In this document: positions 9,525-19,709 of the stretch, one piece after another | How the letters are laid out: every line of letters begins with the position of its first letter | Numbering within the stretch: position 1 is the stretch's first letter | NCBI GenBank assembly: GCA_028711165.1 | Contig: JAQTST010000001.1 | Coordinates: forward strand, 232,857-296,856 | From: Candidatus Nanoarchaeia archaeon | GTDB lineage: Archaea > Nanobdellota > Nanobdellia > Pacearchaeales > GW2011-AR1 | DNA: 64,000 bases | Direction: 5' to 3' | The notes under the pieces: generated by a model | Told to the model about the DNA's origin: nothing | The model's database searches: none | The model's input: only the letters and a program-made list of their open reading frames with translations | Made by a program: the position numbers and the translations under genes

Positions 9525-10262
9525 ATGGAATATGAAAAAATTGAGAAGATTTCGACGGGAAGTTTTGATTTGAATAAGTGGCTTTACGGCGGTTATGAAA
9601 AAGGAATCATCACGATGATTGCGGGAAGTCCTGGAAGCGGGAAAACTAACATGGCGATTTTGGCGGCTTGCAGTCAGGCAAAAAAAGAAAACAAAGTTAT
9701 TTTTATCGACACTGAAGGCGGTTTTTCTTCTGACAGAGTCAAGCAAATCGTCGGGGAAAATTATGAAAACATTTTGAAAAATATCCTTTTGATTTCTCCT
9801 GCAAATTTTGAAGAACAGAAAAAGTTTTTTACGACTCTGAATAATCAACTGAAAAAAGAACAAGTGAGTTTGATTGTCGTCGACGGAATGGCGATGCTTT
9901 ATCGACTGGAATTGGGAGATGCGAGAAAAGAAGGTGATGAAACAGTAAGAAATATTAACGGAGAAGTTGCCTGGCAGATGAAACTCCTTGCTGAAATTTC
10001 TAAAAAACAGAATATTCCTGTCATAATAACAAATCAGGTTTATCTCGGATATCAGTCAGAAGAAGACTGGAAAAAAGGAGTTGAACGGGAAACAAACATC
10101 GTCGGCGGGGATTTATTTCAGTATTGGAGCAAATGCATAATTGAACTGAAAAAAGAAAAAGGAAGAAGAAAAGCGATTTTGAAAAAACACAGAAGTCTGC
10201 CTGAAAAGGAAATGGGTTTTGAAATAAGAAATGAAGGAATTTTTAGAAAGGGAATATTCTAA
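9525..10262 (+). CDS. radB: DNA repair protein RadB
   Basis: GSPGSGKT, IDTEGGFS, ITNQVY and RadB-specific KHR motif. Confidence 0.93.
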   Translation: MEYEKIEKISTGSFDLNKWLYGGYEKGIITMIAGSPGSGKTNMAILAACSQAKKENKVIFIDTEGGFSSDRVKQIVGENYENILKNILLISPANFEEQKKFFTTLNNQLKKEQVSLIVVDGMAMLYRLELGDARKEGDETVRNINGEVAWQMKLLAEISKKQNIPVIITNQVYLGYQSEEDWKKGVERETNIVGGDLFQYWSKCIIELKKEKGRRKAILKKHRSLPEKEMGFEIRNEGIFRKGIF

Positions 10263-10338
10263 AAATTCATACTCCATTTTGTTTTACAAAATGTCGGAGG
10301 GGATATTTAAGAAAGGTTTTTTATGAGTTATAATTCCT

Positions 10339-10397
10339 AATTTCGCTCGTCAATCCCGCCCCCACCCAACGCGGAAACAATTTGTACTCGCGAAATT
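10339..10397. repeat. Family A hairpin element, copy 1
   Basis: AATTTCGC...GCGAAATT arms; core CTCGTCAATCCCGCCCCCACCC...AATTTGTACTCG. Confidence 0.85.
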
Positions 10398-10411
10398 GAA
10401 CTAAAGATAAA

Positions 10412-10582
10412 TTAATTATGATAATCTCCAATAAATTCTTGTCTGCTTCTTATTTTTGCTTCTCTTCTTAATTTGAGATAATTTTCAGTATATTCTGTTG
10501 TTTCTTCAATTTCCCCTCTTCTTAATTCTTCTTCGATTTCTTTACTGACTTCAACTTTTTCTATTTTTGTTTCTAATTCCAT
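10412..10582 (-). CDS. Small charged hypothetical protein (56 aa)
   Basis: MELETKIEKVEVSKEIEEELRRG...; TATA-like sequence upstream; below the ORF-track cutoff. Confidence 0.5.
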   Translation of the reverse strand: MELETKIEKVEVSKEIEEELRRGEIEETTEYTENYLKLRREAKIRSRQEFIGDYHN

Positions 10583-10674
10583 AGATTATTGACGGATTTA
10601 TTCTTTATAATTATTATCTTCAAGTTGTGATACATTAATATAAAATTTATAAATCCTAGAATCGGGGTAGAAAA

Positions 10675-11325
10675 ATGATAACATTAAACCTTGAACAACT
10701 CTGCAATAATTATACTTATTTACTTGTAGATGCCTCTGCTTTCTTTCATCGCCTTTCAGAACGTGTCAATTTTGAGGATACAGAATATAAAATCGCGAGA
10801 AATAATCTTTCCAGTGAAATCCTATCTTTTTGGACAGAGAAAATACCTTCTAATCCGATTTATTCTACTATAGAGATAAAGAATGAAATAAATCACGGAG
10901 ATTATAAATATGGTAAATCTGTCAAAAGAAATTCTGGATCCAAAGACCGTATTGTCCTTGATTTGAGAAGGTCTATGAAGGAAGTAAAAGTTAATACAAA
11001 CAGATTAGTTAATACATTAGAAGAGAGAGAAAGAATCCTGGATTTAAACAACACGCAAAAACAATTATATAATTTCCTCTCTGATAAGTACAATCCTATT
11101 CTTTATAGAAATTCTAAAGGAGATTCTGATTTACTGCTCTCTGCCGGAATTTTATCCCAAAAACACCGTGTCTGCATTATTTCAAATGATTTTGGTTTGC
11201 TCAATAATTGGAAACTTTTTTTATATGAAGAAGGAATTGGGAGATTGAGATTTAATTTTTATATCCACGAAGAAAAAGACTCATTCAAGGAAGCAGTTTT
11301 TAATCTGAATTATCGCAAAAATTAA
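10675..11325 (+). CDS. PIN-like domain protein
   Basis: LLVDASAF, E, D.DLL and IISNDFGL acidic residues spaced as in PIN folds. Confidence 0.55.
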   Translation: MITLNLEQLCNNYTYLLVDASAFFHRLSERVNFEDTEYKIARNNLSSEILSFWTEKIPSNPIYSTIEIKNEINHGDYKYGKSVKRNSGSKDRIVLDLRRSMKEVKVNTNRLVNTLEERERILDLNNTQKQLYNFLSDKYNPILYRNSKGDSDLLLSAGILSQKHRVCIISNDFGLLNNWKLFLYEEGIGRLRFNFYIHEEKDSFKEAVFNLNYRKN

Positions 11326-12080
11326 CCCAACTTGTAAATTGCTGTGACATATGCAGTTACTTCTCTTTCCGACGGAGTTATTCCTGCGACTGCGGTTTTT
11401 GCACTCTCTGCTGATGTTCCTGACACTGAAGAATCATAAGCTCTGAGAGGGTAGTAATTATATGAATCCAGCGAAACAGAAACTAATCTTCCTAATCTTT
11501 TATTAAATCCCTCGGCAATTGCTTCTGCTTTTATTTTGGCATCTTCTGAAGCTGTCTGAATTGCCATAGCTTTGTATTCCTGTTCAAGTTCAGGCGAGAG
11601 CTCGAAATTGATATAGCTTATTCCAGCGCCTGCATTTGTTCCTGAATCAATGACGCTTGTTATTTTATCACTTTCCGACGCTGAGAAACTTATTTTCAAA
11701 GAATGAGTTGCCCGATATCCTGTTATCGTCGGTGTTGTTTTGTCGTAATCATATTCCGGATAAATGTTATAATTATCTGTTTTCAAATCATCGTCGCTGA
11801 AACCTAAAGCAACAATGTAACTTTTTAACTTTGTAACTATTGCTGTGTTTGCATCTTCTGCAATTTTTGACGTGCTTCCTGTTGTGTCGACGTTGAAATA
11901 AATTGAGATTAAATCAGGAGCTGCCTTTTCGACTCCCTGTCCGCTTACAGAAATTGTATTTGCCGTCGAGAAATTTGATTTATAAAAATACATTCCTGCA
12001 AGAGAAATAAATAAAACAGCAGCGACGATAATTAAAGTCATCTGAACTGACTTGTGCAGTTTCAATTTCTTTCTTGGCAT
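11322..12080 (-). CDS. SIMPL (DUF541) domain protein
   Basis: TM anchor; ISVSGQG..APD, YNIYPEYDY and AKIKAEAIA motifs. Confidence 0.88.
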   Translation of the reverse strand: MPRKKLKLHKSVQMTLIIVAAVLFISLAGMYFYKSNFSTANTISVSGQGVEKAAPDLISIYFNVDTTGSTSKIAEDANTAIVTKLKSYIVALGFSDDDLKTDNYNIYPEYDYDKTTPTITGYRATHSLKISFSASESDKITSVIDSGTNAGAGISYINFELSPELEQEYKAMAIQTASEDAKIKAEAIAEGFNKRLGRLVSVSLDSYNYYPLRAYDSSVSGTSAESAKTAVAGITPSEREVTAYVTAIYKLG

Positions 12081-12111
12081 GATTTATAGAAGAGATACGA
12101 GTTTTTAAAAG

Positions 12112-12804
12112 TTATTCAACTGAATACTCATTTTGAATCTCATAAAACTGATTAGTTTTTTCAAATCTTTTTTTTAACTGCTTAATAGAATTACCGCAAA
12201 CTCTCAATATTATTGGGTCATAAAGAGTTATTCTTATCTCATGGTTACTGCCTTCAGAATCAAAACGTATAAATGCCAAATCTTTTTTATTTATTTCTTG
12301 TTTCTTAAATATTTTTTTTATTTTTTTATCCAATTTATAAATACTAAAGCTATAACCTAATCTTTCTATTAAAATATTCTCTTCGGGGAAATCATTGAAA
12401 CATTTACTTAATGTATTCTCCCATGTTAGCATTATCGCTTCTAAAGAGGGAAGAACATTATGCTCTTCTAAGTCCATCATTTGCCTTTCTTTTGAAATAT
12501 ATTTTGACTCAATTATCCTGGACATATATCTTCCAAGACCCATTTCTTCAGCTACTTCTAATGCAATAGATAATGGAATTTTTGTTCTGTCTGTTTCTTT
12601 AAGGAATTTTTCTATTTCATATAAGTCTAATCTTTTTTCTTCATATTGTCTATGAGATTCACTTAAAGCAATTAAGTCCTGAAGTTCTTCATAAGAAATT
12701 TTTATTGAATCATCTAACTTATTTTTTGGATTAATTACTGTCGGAACATTAACCTTTTTTTCTAAACTTTTCTTATATTCTTTAAACTGCGGAGAAACAA
12801 CCAT
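12112..12804 (-). CDS. Hypothetical protein
   Basis: 230-aa low-GC ORF. Confidence 0.6.
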   Translation of the reverse strand: MVVSPQFKEYKKSLEKKVNVPTVINPKNKLDDSIKISYEELQDLIALSESHRQYEEKRLDLYEIEKFLKETDRTKIPLSIALEVAEEMGLGRYMSRIIESKYISKERQMMDLEEHNVLPSLEAIMLTWENTLSKCFNDFPEENILIERLGYSFSIYKLDKKIKKIFKKQEINKKDLAFIRFDSEGSNHEIRITLYDPIILRVCGNSIKQLKKRFEKTNQFYEIQNEYSVE

Positions 12805-12870
12805 AAATCCTCTAAAAAAATTTCTCTTTTAAACTTTATGGATTACTCCTCATATAAGAAATATTCGACG

Positions 12871-15189
12871 TTATTCGGGTGTTTCATTTTCTTCCTGCTG
12901 TTTTTTCAAATTATATTCTTCGAGTCTTTTTTTATTTGATTCACATTCATTATTAAAACAGAAAATCCAGGGACGTTTTCCTTTTGATAATCTCATCAGC
13001 ATCGGGAAACCGCAGGAATCACAAATTTTGTCTGTCTTTTTTATAACGCCGTTGGGAGGAAGTGAATAAGTTTTTTTGCATTCGGGATAAGCATTGCAGG
13101 CGACAAAACTTCTTCTGGTTTTTCTCGAATACATTATTGAGAGCATTCCTTTTTTACAAATAGGACAGACATTCAGTTTGTTTGCTTCTTTTTCCTGCTC
13201 CCATTGTTTTGATTCTGCTGTAATTAATTCCCTGCCAATTTCCATTTTATTCTTTTCAAAATCTCCTGAAATTTCCCTGATTGTTTCTTTTGCCTCTTCA
13301 ATTATCCTGTTTTCTTTTTGTTCAAAATCTTTTTTTGATTCTACTATTGAATCCATTTCTTTTTCGAATTTTCTTGTAAGTTCTTCGTCGATGATAACAG
13401 GAGAATATTTTTCAAGAGTTCCTATAAGTGAAATTCCGAGAGGAGTTGCTTCAATGCTTTTTTCTTTCACGTAACCTCTGTCGTAGAGTGTTTCTAAAAT
13501 TGCTGCTCTTGTTGCTTTTGTTCCGAGGTTTCTCTTTTCAAGTTCAGAAACTATCGACGCTGGAGAATATCTTTTTGGCGGCTGGGTTTCTTTTTCTTCT
13601 GTTCTTGAATCGACTATTTTTACCTCGCCATTCATATCGGGGAGTTCTGTCTCTTTTATTTTGTAAGGATAAATTTCAAGCCACGCTTTTTTTCTTACTT
13701 CAGAACCTTTGGTATTGAATTTTAATTTATCGACTTCGGCGGTTATTGTCTTATTGTCAACTATTGCATCCTCGCAAAACAAAGATAAAAATCTTTTAAC
13801 AATCAGATTGTAAATTTTTCCTTCTTCTTCGCTTAATGTTCCGTTTTCCCCTGTGGGATAAATTGACGGGTGGGCGGGGTCGGATTTTTTTCCTTCAACT
13901 GGTTTGTCTCTTGTGATTAATTTTTCAGCCCTGAATTGTCTTGCTAACTTTTCTAAAATTTCCTTGTAGCCAATTGAATCGGGAAGTTTCTGTGATGAAG
14001 TTCTTGGGTAGGAAATCAGTCCTGCAAGATAAAGTGATTGTGCAATTTGGAGAGTTCTCGTCGGTGTTAATCCGTGAAGGCGATATGCTTCCATCTGGAG
14101 AGAAGTCAAATTAAACGGCGGATTCGGCGGAAGATATTCTTCTTTTTTTATTGTTGAAGCAATTGCAGTTTTACCAATCAAGTTTTCAAACTGCTCTAAT
14201 TCTTTTTTATCAAAAATATCTTTTATGTATTTTAGTTCAACTTTATTTTCGTCATCCTCTACTGTTATGAAAACCTGCCAGTATTTTTGAGACTTGAATT
14301 CCTGAATTTTTCTTTCTCTTTGGACAATTAAATTTAATGCCGGGCCCTGGACTCTTCCTATTGACATAATTTTGAACCTTCCTGTCTCTTTTATTGCATT
14401 CATTAATGCTCTTGACAAATTAATTCCGTAGAACCAATCAAGATAATGCCTTGTCTCTCCTGCAATCGCCTGCCCCCAGTTTATCGTCGGAGATTTAGTT
14501 TCATAAGCGGTATTCAACTCGGGTTTTGTCAGGGTAGAGAATTTCATTCTGTTCGCGTCTTTCTGATTGCAGATAAATCTGACAACATTCAATCCAATCA
14601 CTTCGCCCTCGATATCATAGTCTGTTGCAACTGTGATGCTCCCTGCGTTTTTTACCAGGCTTAATAATGTGTCGTAATATTTTTTTGTGAAGTCTGCTTT
14701 TTTAACGAAATAATTTGGCACCCATTTTATATCGAAGACAGGGTATCCTGAACCTTTTTGCAACTGCGTTAAAGTAAATAAATGTCCGACAGCACACGCG
14801 ACGACAATTTGCTTCCCGTCTTTTTTTAATTCATAATAAGGAATTCCGTGCAGGTTTTCTTTTTTCGATTTTCCAAGTGCATCAGCAATTTTCATCGCTG
14901 CCTGAGGTTTTTCTGTTATGATTAATTCGTATCCCTCTTTTTTCAGATTAACTTTTGGAGGCTCATAACTTTTTTCTTTTCCTGAATATTTTTTCACCGA
15001 CTTGCCTTTTCTTTTTACTACTTTTTTCTTTGTGGTTTTTCTTGGACTTTTTATTTTTGAGGTTACAAGTTCTACATTCAGCGGCTGTTTATACGGCTTT
15101 TCAACTGCATATTTAATGTCCCTTTCATCAACAGGAAAATAATTCTCTGCGAGTTTCTGCTCTTTTGATTTTTCCGGTTTTTTCCGCAT
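12871..15189 (-). CDS. topA: DNA topoisomerase I (type IA) with Lys-rich N-terminal extension
   Basis: ITEKP, ATDYDIEGE, GRVQ and ISYPRT (catalytic Tyr); C-terminal Zn ribbons. Confidence 0.96.
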   Translation of the reverse strand: MRKKPEKSKEQKLAENYFPVDERDIKYAVEKPYKQPLNVELVTSKIKSPRKTTKKKVVKRKGKSVKKYSGKEKSYEPPKVNLKKEGYELIITEKPQAAMKIADALGKSKKENLHGIPYYELKKDGKQIVVACAVGHLFTLTQLQKGSGYPVFDIKWVPNYFVKKADFTKKYYDTLLSLVKNAGSITVATDYDIEGEVIGLNVVRFICNQKDANRMKFSTLTKPELNTAYETKSPTINWGQAIAGETRHYLDWFYGINLSRALMNAIKETGRFKIMSIGRVQGPALNLIVQRERKIQEFKSQKYWQVFITVEDDENKVELKYIKDIFDKKELEQFENLIGKTAIASTIKKEEYLPPNPPFNLTSLQMEAYRLHGLTPTRTLQIAQSLYLAGLISYPRTSSQKLPDSIGYKEILEKLARQFRAEKLITRDKPVEGKKSDPAHPSIYPTGENGTLSEEEGKIYNLIVKRFLSLFCEDAIVDNKTITAEVDKLKFNTKGSEVRKKAWLEIYPYKIKETELPDMNGEVKIVDSRTEEKETQPPKRYSPASIVSELEKRNLGTKATRAAILETLYDRGYVKEKSIEATPLGISLIGTLEKYSPVIIDEELTRKFEKEMDSIVESKKDFEQKENRIIEEAKETIREISGDFEKNKMEIGRELITAESKQWEQEKEANKLNVCPICKKGMLSIMYSRKTRRSFVACNAYPECKKTYSLPPNGVIKKTDKICDSCGFPMLMRLSKGKRPWIFCFNNECESNKKRLEEYNLKKQQEENETPE

Positions 15190-15280
15190 TGTTATATCTG
15201 GAACTAACCAGTTTTTATAGTTTTTGAAATAGCCATCCCGATATAATAATACTTATAAATTTGAGTTTTGTCCGTTTGTT

Positions 15281-15631
15281 ATGTATAAAAATAAAATAAT
15301 CAGAAGCGGATTGTCCAAAGAGCAGAAAACAAAATTATCTAATTATATTTTTTATGGCGGTTTTACCTGTGATAAATACGGAAAAAATATCTATACTTTG
15401 CCTATGATAAGACGTGAACGACATTATGTTGAAGCGGGATTTTTGGGGGAGACTTATGAAGGTTATTATCTCGAACTCCGAAATATTGGAATGGAAGAAT
15501 TGAAAGAGGCTCATTCTAAACTGGAAAAAATTGCTGTTAGTTTTGATAAAAATGAAGACAAATATTATAGTATAAAAAAGATGAATACTCCTAGTGAAAT
15601 TGTTCAGAAAAAGAAAGTTAAAAAAAGATAA
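15281..15631 (+). CDS. Hypothetical protein
   Basis: 116-aa ORF with TATA-like upstream sequence. Confidence 0.55.
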   Translation: MYKNKIIRSGLSKEQKTKLSNYIFYGGFTCDKYGKNIYTLPMIRRERHYVEAGFLGETYEGYYLELRNIGMEELKEAHSKLEKIAVSFDKNEDKYYSIKKMNTPSEIVQKKKVKKR

Positions 15632-16243
15632 CTATATTTCAAATATTTTTTCTCTTCTTGAAACGTTGATTACTTTTGTTTTCCCGATATTTTCTTCCAT
15701 TCCGCCGGCTTCATGAATGTGGCTGAAAATTGCGAAGTCGGGCTGATATTTTTCTATTGCTTCTCTTATGCTTTTACTTCCTCTCCATCCTGAAAATTCT
15801 GATTTGCTTCCTGCAGGATGCATATGAGTTACAAGAATTTGTTTTCCTGTTTTTTTAATTTGGCTGTGAGCTTTTCCTATAACTTTTTTGAAAGTTTTTT
15901 CTGTCATTGGGTCGATGCCAAAATCTGCTCCACCTGCTCCAAAAATTCCGACGTTATTAAATAATAAACTATATCCATGAATATTTTTTGTGTCTGGATA
16001 CATTTCAGAAAGAAAATCTGCTGTTGCAATTCCTTCATGATTTCCGTGAATCAGCAAAACTTTTTTCTTTGCTTTTATAAAAGGACCGACGATGTTTTTT
16101 GTTGACATTTCCGCTAAAGTTAAATCTCCTGCGAGAATTACCAAGTCAACATTTTCTTTTACTGCTTTTTCTGCGAGGCGTTTTACTAATCCTGTATCTC
16201 CGTGAATGTCTCCCACAGCGAGGATTTTTGTTTTCTTATGCAT
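15632..16243 (-). CDS. Calcineurin-like metallophosphoesterase
   Basis: DIHG, GDL, GNHE, THMHP and SHIHE motifs. Confidence 0.92.
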   Translation of the reverse strand: MHKKTKILAVGDIHGDTGLVKRLAEKAVKENVDLVILAGDLTLAEMSTKNIVGPFIKAKKKVLLIHGNHEGIATADFLSEMYPDTKNIHGYSLLFNNVGIFGAGGADFGIDPMTEKTFKKVIGKAHSQIKKTGKQILVTHMHPAGSKSEFSGWRGSKSIREAIEKYQPDFAIFSHIHEAGGMEENIGKTKVINVSRREKIFEI

Positions 16244-16471
16244 AAAAAAGAGAAATAAATTATCTTAATAAATCTAATCAAATCAGGAAGATTTTCACTT
16301 AATCTTTTTGTTCTTTTTCTAATGATTATATTGGATATAGGTATAATACAAAAAGTTTAAAGTCGAAACAGGAATTTCTCATTTAAATTTTTGTAGCATT
16401 AAATATATATCACATATACCTATACTACAAAAGATTTAAAAGCAAACTACTATCTGAATATATACATTAAA

Positions 16472-16738
16472 ATGAAGGACAACTTTGATATCTTTTTCCG
16501 AAGAAAGCCTGCTCTTATGCTGGTTTCTCTGAAGAAGAATACAAGAATGAGGTATGGGAGCATCTTGGCTAAAGAAGTGGATTGCACTTACAGCCATGCT
16601 GTGAAAATTTTACAGACGCTTGAAGACCTTAAGTTAGTTGCTTTTGAAAAAAGAGGGCGAATAAAGGTGATACAACTAACAAAGAAAGGGAAAGAAGTTG
16701 CTGATGCGATAGAGAATATACAGCGGCTTATCAAATAA
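16472..16738 (+). CDS. Winged-helix transcriptional regulator
   Basis: LAKEVDCTYSHAVKIL...KRGRIKVIQLTKKG. Confidence 0.85.
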   Translation: MKDNFDIFFRRKPALMLVSLKKNTRMRYGSILAKEVDCTYSHAVKILQTLEDLKLVAFEKRGRIKVIQLTKKGKEVADAIENIQRLIK

Positions 16739-16822
16739 TTCTGTGATTATCGCCCCTAGAAATAATTTTTTTTATTTAGAAATATGTAAACTTTATATAT
16801 TTCTTTTTTTATTATCTTATAG

Positions 16823-17020
16823 ATGGTACTCCAGTACAAACTGAAATCTGAAACGAGGTGGAAAAAATATCCCGGGAAATCTAAATTAAAATATTCTGTC
16901 AGTAAATATGATTTTAGATTGTTAAATGAAGCAAAGACTAAAGTTCTGGTTGGGAAAACCAATTATGCAAAGGTTATGAAAAGATTCAGGCAAATTGAAT
17001 TTTTTAAACGAATGCACTAA
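16823..17020 (+). CDS. Small basic hypothetical protein
   Basis: 65 aa; TATA (TTTATATA) about 25 nt upstream. Confidence 0.6.
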   Translation: MVLQYKLKSETRWKKYPGKSKLKYSVSKYDFRLLNEAKTKVLVGKTNYAKVMKRFRQIEFFKRMH

Positions 17021-17301
17021 AATTTTCCCTGTTTTCTTTTTTCAAATCTCTTCCAAGCTGCTGCTGCGGATTTCGATCTTCTCTCAAGCCTTCCAAGAAT
17101 TGACTTTCTTATATCTACAGATTTGACAACCTTCTTTTTTCCGAAAAAGTTGACTACTTCATTTCCAACTTCGTTGACAACTTCTTCAGTTTTCCTGGGA
17201 GAAAAACCAGCTTCTTTTACTGCTCCCTTAATTGCTTTTTTTATTTTAGAAGGGCTGAAAGCCTGTTTTCTTTGTCCGCCTCTTTTAATGACGTGTGTCA
17301 T
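17017..17301 (-). CDS. Stand-alone ATP-cone domain protein
   Basis: MTHVIKRGGQRKQAFSPSKIKKAI...; VIKR-G ATP-cone signature; start at 17301. Confidence 0.8.
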   Translation of the reverse strand: MTHVIKRGGQRKQAFSPSKIKKAIKGAVKEAGFSPRKTEEVVNEVGNEVVNFFGKKKVVKSVDIRKSILGRLERRSKSAAAAWKRFEKRKQGKF

Positions 17302-17340
17302 ATTAAAATATATCTTAGAGAATATATAAATTTTTTGGAG

Positions 17341-17572
17341 AATGGCCCCGAAGTCAAAACGGAATTTTCTCATTCGAGTCCACTCACTCCTTCATGGCCC
17401 CGAATACTCGAGCCCCCACTCGTTGCAACTAAAATTTTTCTGGCACTCGTGAAAACTCTCTACTCCCGACCCCACTCGAAATCACAGAGACAAAATCTCA
17501 CTCGTGAAATCGCTCGGGATTTGTACCTCGATTCAAATCAACATTTAGAAATTGCAATTTTTCAATTGCAAA
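17341..17572. repeat. Array behind tRNA-Lys: duplicated tRNA 3' ends plus tandem family B elements
   Basis: ATGGCCCCGAA at 17342, 17394 and 17572; B units at 17406-17460 and 17461-17515. Confidence 0.85.
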
Positions 17573-17684
17573 TGGCCCCGAAGGGATTTGAACCCTCGAC
17601 ACCCAGATTTCTCCCTTATGGTCGGAATCTTCTGTTCCACAATCTTAAGAGTCTGGTGCTCTAACCAGGCTGAGCTACGGAGCC
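17573..17684 (-). tRNA. tRNA-Lys(CTT) with 37-nt intron (17609-17645) at 37/38
   Basis: GGCTCCG TA GCTC...CCAGA CT CTT A|intron|A TCTGG...GAGGG TTCAAAT CCCTT CGGGGCC A; BHB-like junction. Confidence 0.93.
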
Positions 17685-17729
17685 AAAGCCTAATTAATTA
17701 TTAGAAAAAGAGATTAAAAACTTTATCTA

Positions 17730-18149
17730 TTACCAACATTGATGGCAAGAAGAATGTGAATGCGATGAATTATGTTCTTCTCTTTTCTTTCTTTCGTCTT
17801 CATACCAGTAATCAAAACACTTATTAACTTTTGGAAGATATTGTTTTAAATCTTCTTTTGAAATCATACCTAATAAAGTTCTTGATAATGCTGGTGTAAT
17901 GTATCCAACTGTCCAATCAGCAGATTTTGGGATAATCCTTCCGATAACTCCATAAATTTTGTAACCTCTTTCTTTTGAAAAATCTTCATTATAAATTAAT
18001 GGTATAAGATTTATTTTTTGAATCGCCTTTTGAAATGTTGTACTATTTATCCGGGCAATAAGTTGTCTTTTTCCATCAATTGTTTCAATATCATCTTCGA
18101 TTTCTATATGGGGGGTGGCTAACGGTTTTCCTGTTTCATAATCATCCAT
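17730..18149 (-). CDS. Hypothetical protein
   Basis: 139 aa; His/Ser/Cys-rich tail. Confidence 0.6.
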   Translation of the reverse strand: MDDYETGKPLATPHIEIEDDIETIDGKRQLIARINSTTFQKAIQKINLIPLIYNEDFSKERGYKIYGVIGRIIPKSADWTVGYITPALSRTLLGMISKEDLKQYLPKVNKCFDYWYEDERKKREEHNSSHSHSSCHQCW

Positions 18150-18200
18150 CTTTGAAACTATAATTAATTGTTTTTATAGATTTATCCATTAGAAAATATA

Positions 18201-18509
18201 TTATCTATATTCTCTCCAAGTAAACTCGCACTTCGTGCATTTGAAGAATTTTGTTTCTGCCTCATCGCCAGAACGGGTTTGTGCTGTCCAGAAATATGCT
18301 TTGTCATTCCCGCATTTTTTGCATTTTCCGACGATAATTGGGAAAGTTTCCATTTCTTTTTTTATTACTTCCAACTCTTCTGGTTTGTCTTCAATCTTTT
18401 CAGAAGCGATGATTTTCATTTTTCCTTTTGAACTATAACTGCATCTAGGACAGGCTTCTTTTTCCTTTTTCTGAAATAAAACTGCTCCGCATTTAGGGCA
18501 AAAATCCAT
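18201..18509 (-). CDS. tfs: Transcription factor S
   Basis: FCPKCG...QTRSGDEAETKFFKCTKC. Confidence 0.95.
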   Translation of the reverse strand: MDFCPKCGAVLFQKKEKEACPRCSYSSKGKMKIIASEKIEDKPEELEVIKKEMETFPIIVGKCKKCGNDKAYFWTAQTRSGDEAETKFFKCTKCEFTWREYR

Positions 18510-18567
18510 TTTGTTATTTTCCTCTTGTATTTCTAACCTTGATTTACCTCGTTTAAAAACTTTTCTT

Positions 18568-18689
18568 AATTACGAGTGTTCAGTAATCCCACCCCAACTC
18601 GAGCCCCCACTCCTTCTTCACTGACTCTGCCGTCGTGAAAACTCTCGCCCGCCCGAGGGGAAAGTTAATTAGTCTTCGCATTCGTAATT
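18568..18689. repeat. Family A element with nested family B element
   Basis: Arms AATTACGAGTG / CATTCGTAATT; B unit (ACTCGAGCCCCCACTC...CGTGAAAACTCTC) between CCCACCCC and GCCCGCCC. Confidence 0.85.
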
Positions 18690-18700
18690 TTATAAAAAGA

Positions 18701-19366
18701 TTAATTCTCATTGCAGAATCCTCTTTCTGATTCCGGGCGTGAAGTTTCGAAAAATACTAATTTCACCCAACCGAACCATGGGACTATTCTGAAAACTGCT
18801 TTGCCGACGAGCTGTTCTGAAGTTATTTTTCTTTCATCGACTCCTGCCGGGTTGTTATCGGGGACAAGCATCTTTGCATTATTATCGCCGATTGTCGCGA
18901 AAACTTTTTCCCCGTTCTCTTCTTTTATACTTATTATTCTATGAATTACAGGAGTTTCCCCTATTCCTGAATTAAATAATATTACATCTCCCATCTTCAA
19001 CGTTTCCGGATTTGCTCTTACAATAAAAAGAATATCTCCCTTGTCAAATCCTCTTCTGAGAGAAAATTTTTCAAACTCTCCTTTTGTTACGTTTAACAGA
19101 GAGTATTTTCCGTCGTGAGATTCAAACCATTTGTCAAAATTTGAGAAAATATTTCCGTCGTGATACATACTGCAGGATTCTACAATTGCCAGGGGAAGTG
19201 CTGTGCCTGTTACAAGACTCAGAAAAGGAAAGAAAATAAATCTTATAAAAACGAACAAAAAAATAAGAGAAAAAATCCAGCCTTTCAGGCTGTTATCTTT
19301 CCATAACAGAAACCAAAATTTCTTAAAACCTTTTTTAAAATTGTCAAACCCCGTCTTTAAATTCAT
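18701..19366 (-). CDS. Signal peptidase I (Sec11-type)
   Basis: VESCSMYH, KGD, PVIHRI and GDNN motifs. Confidence 0.88.
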   Translation of the reverse strand: MNLKTGFDNFKKGFKKFWFLLWKDNSLKGWIFSLIFLFVFIRFIFFPFLSLVTGTALPLAIVESCSMYHDGNIFSNFDKWFESHDGKYSLLNVTKGEFEKFSLRRGFDKGDILFIVRANPETLKMGDVILFNSGIGETPVIHRIISIKEENGEKVFATIGDNNAKMLVPDNNPAGVDERKITSEQLVGKAVFRIVPWFGWVKLVFFETSRPESERGFCNEN

Positions 19367-19400
19367 CAGAGTAATTAGGAAAAAGGATTTTTAAAATGTG

Positions 19401-19709
19401 TCATCCGTATATTTTTTTATAGATTTCTTCTGTTTCTTTTTCTACTTGTCTTTCTGTATCTTTCTTTCCCTGGAGAAAATATTTTGAATGCAAAACTTCG
19501 TGAATTACTGCTTTTCTTCTGTCTATGATATCTGGTATATCTTTGTCCAGGTAAATTAATTTTTTTTCGAGAATAGTTAATCCGTTATATTTTGGGATTT
19601 TCTTGTCATCCTTATAATTATGCGGAAAATCAGTATGTCTTAAATCAAATTCTGCAAAAACATCAACAACCTCTTTTAGTGTCAGCAAATCTAAATCTTT
19701 TTCTTTCAT
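19401..19709 (-). CDS. Small HEXXH metallopeptidase-like protein
   Basis: AVIHEVLH motif with downstream E. Confidence 0.6.
   Translation of the reverse strand: MKEKDLDLLTLKEVVDVFAEFDLRHTDFPHNYKDDKKIPKYNGLTILEKKLIYLDKDIPDIIDRRKAVIHEVLHSKYFLQGKKDTERQVEKETEEIYKKIYG

Noticed and set aside
17341..17572. CRISPR or TIGR-type guide array
   Set aside because: Irregular period, repeats are tRNA ends, no box C/D edge-loop pattern and no effector gene nearby
17272..17664. 130-aa + strand ORF
   Set aside because: Runs antisense through tRNA-Lys and the repeat array; spurious
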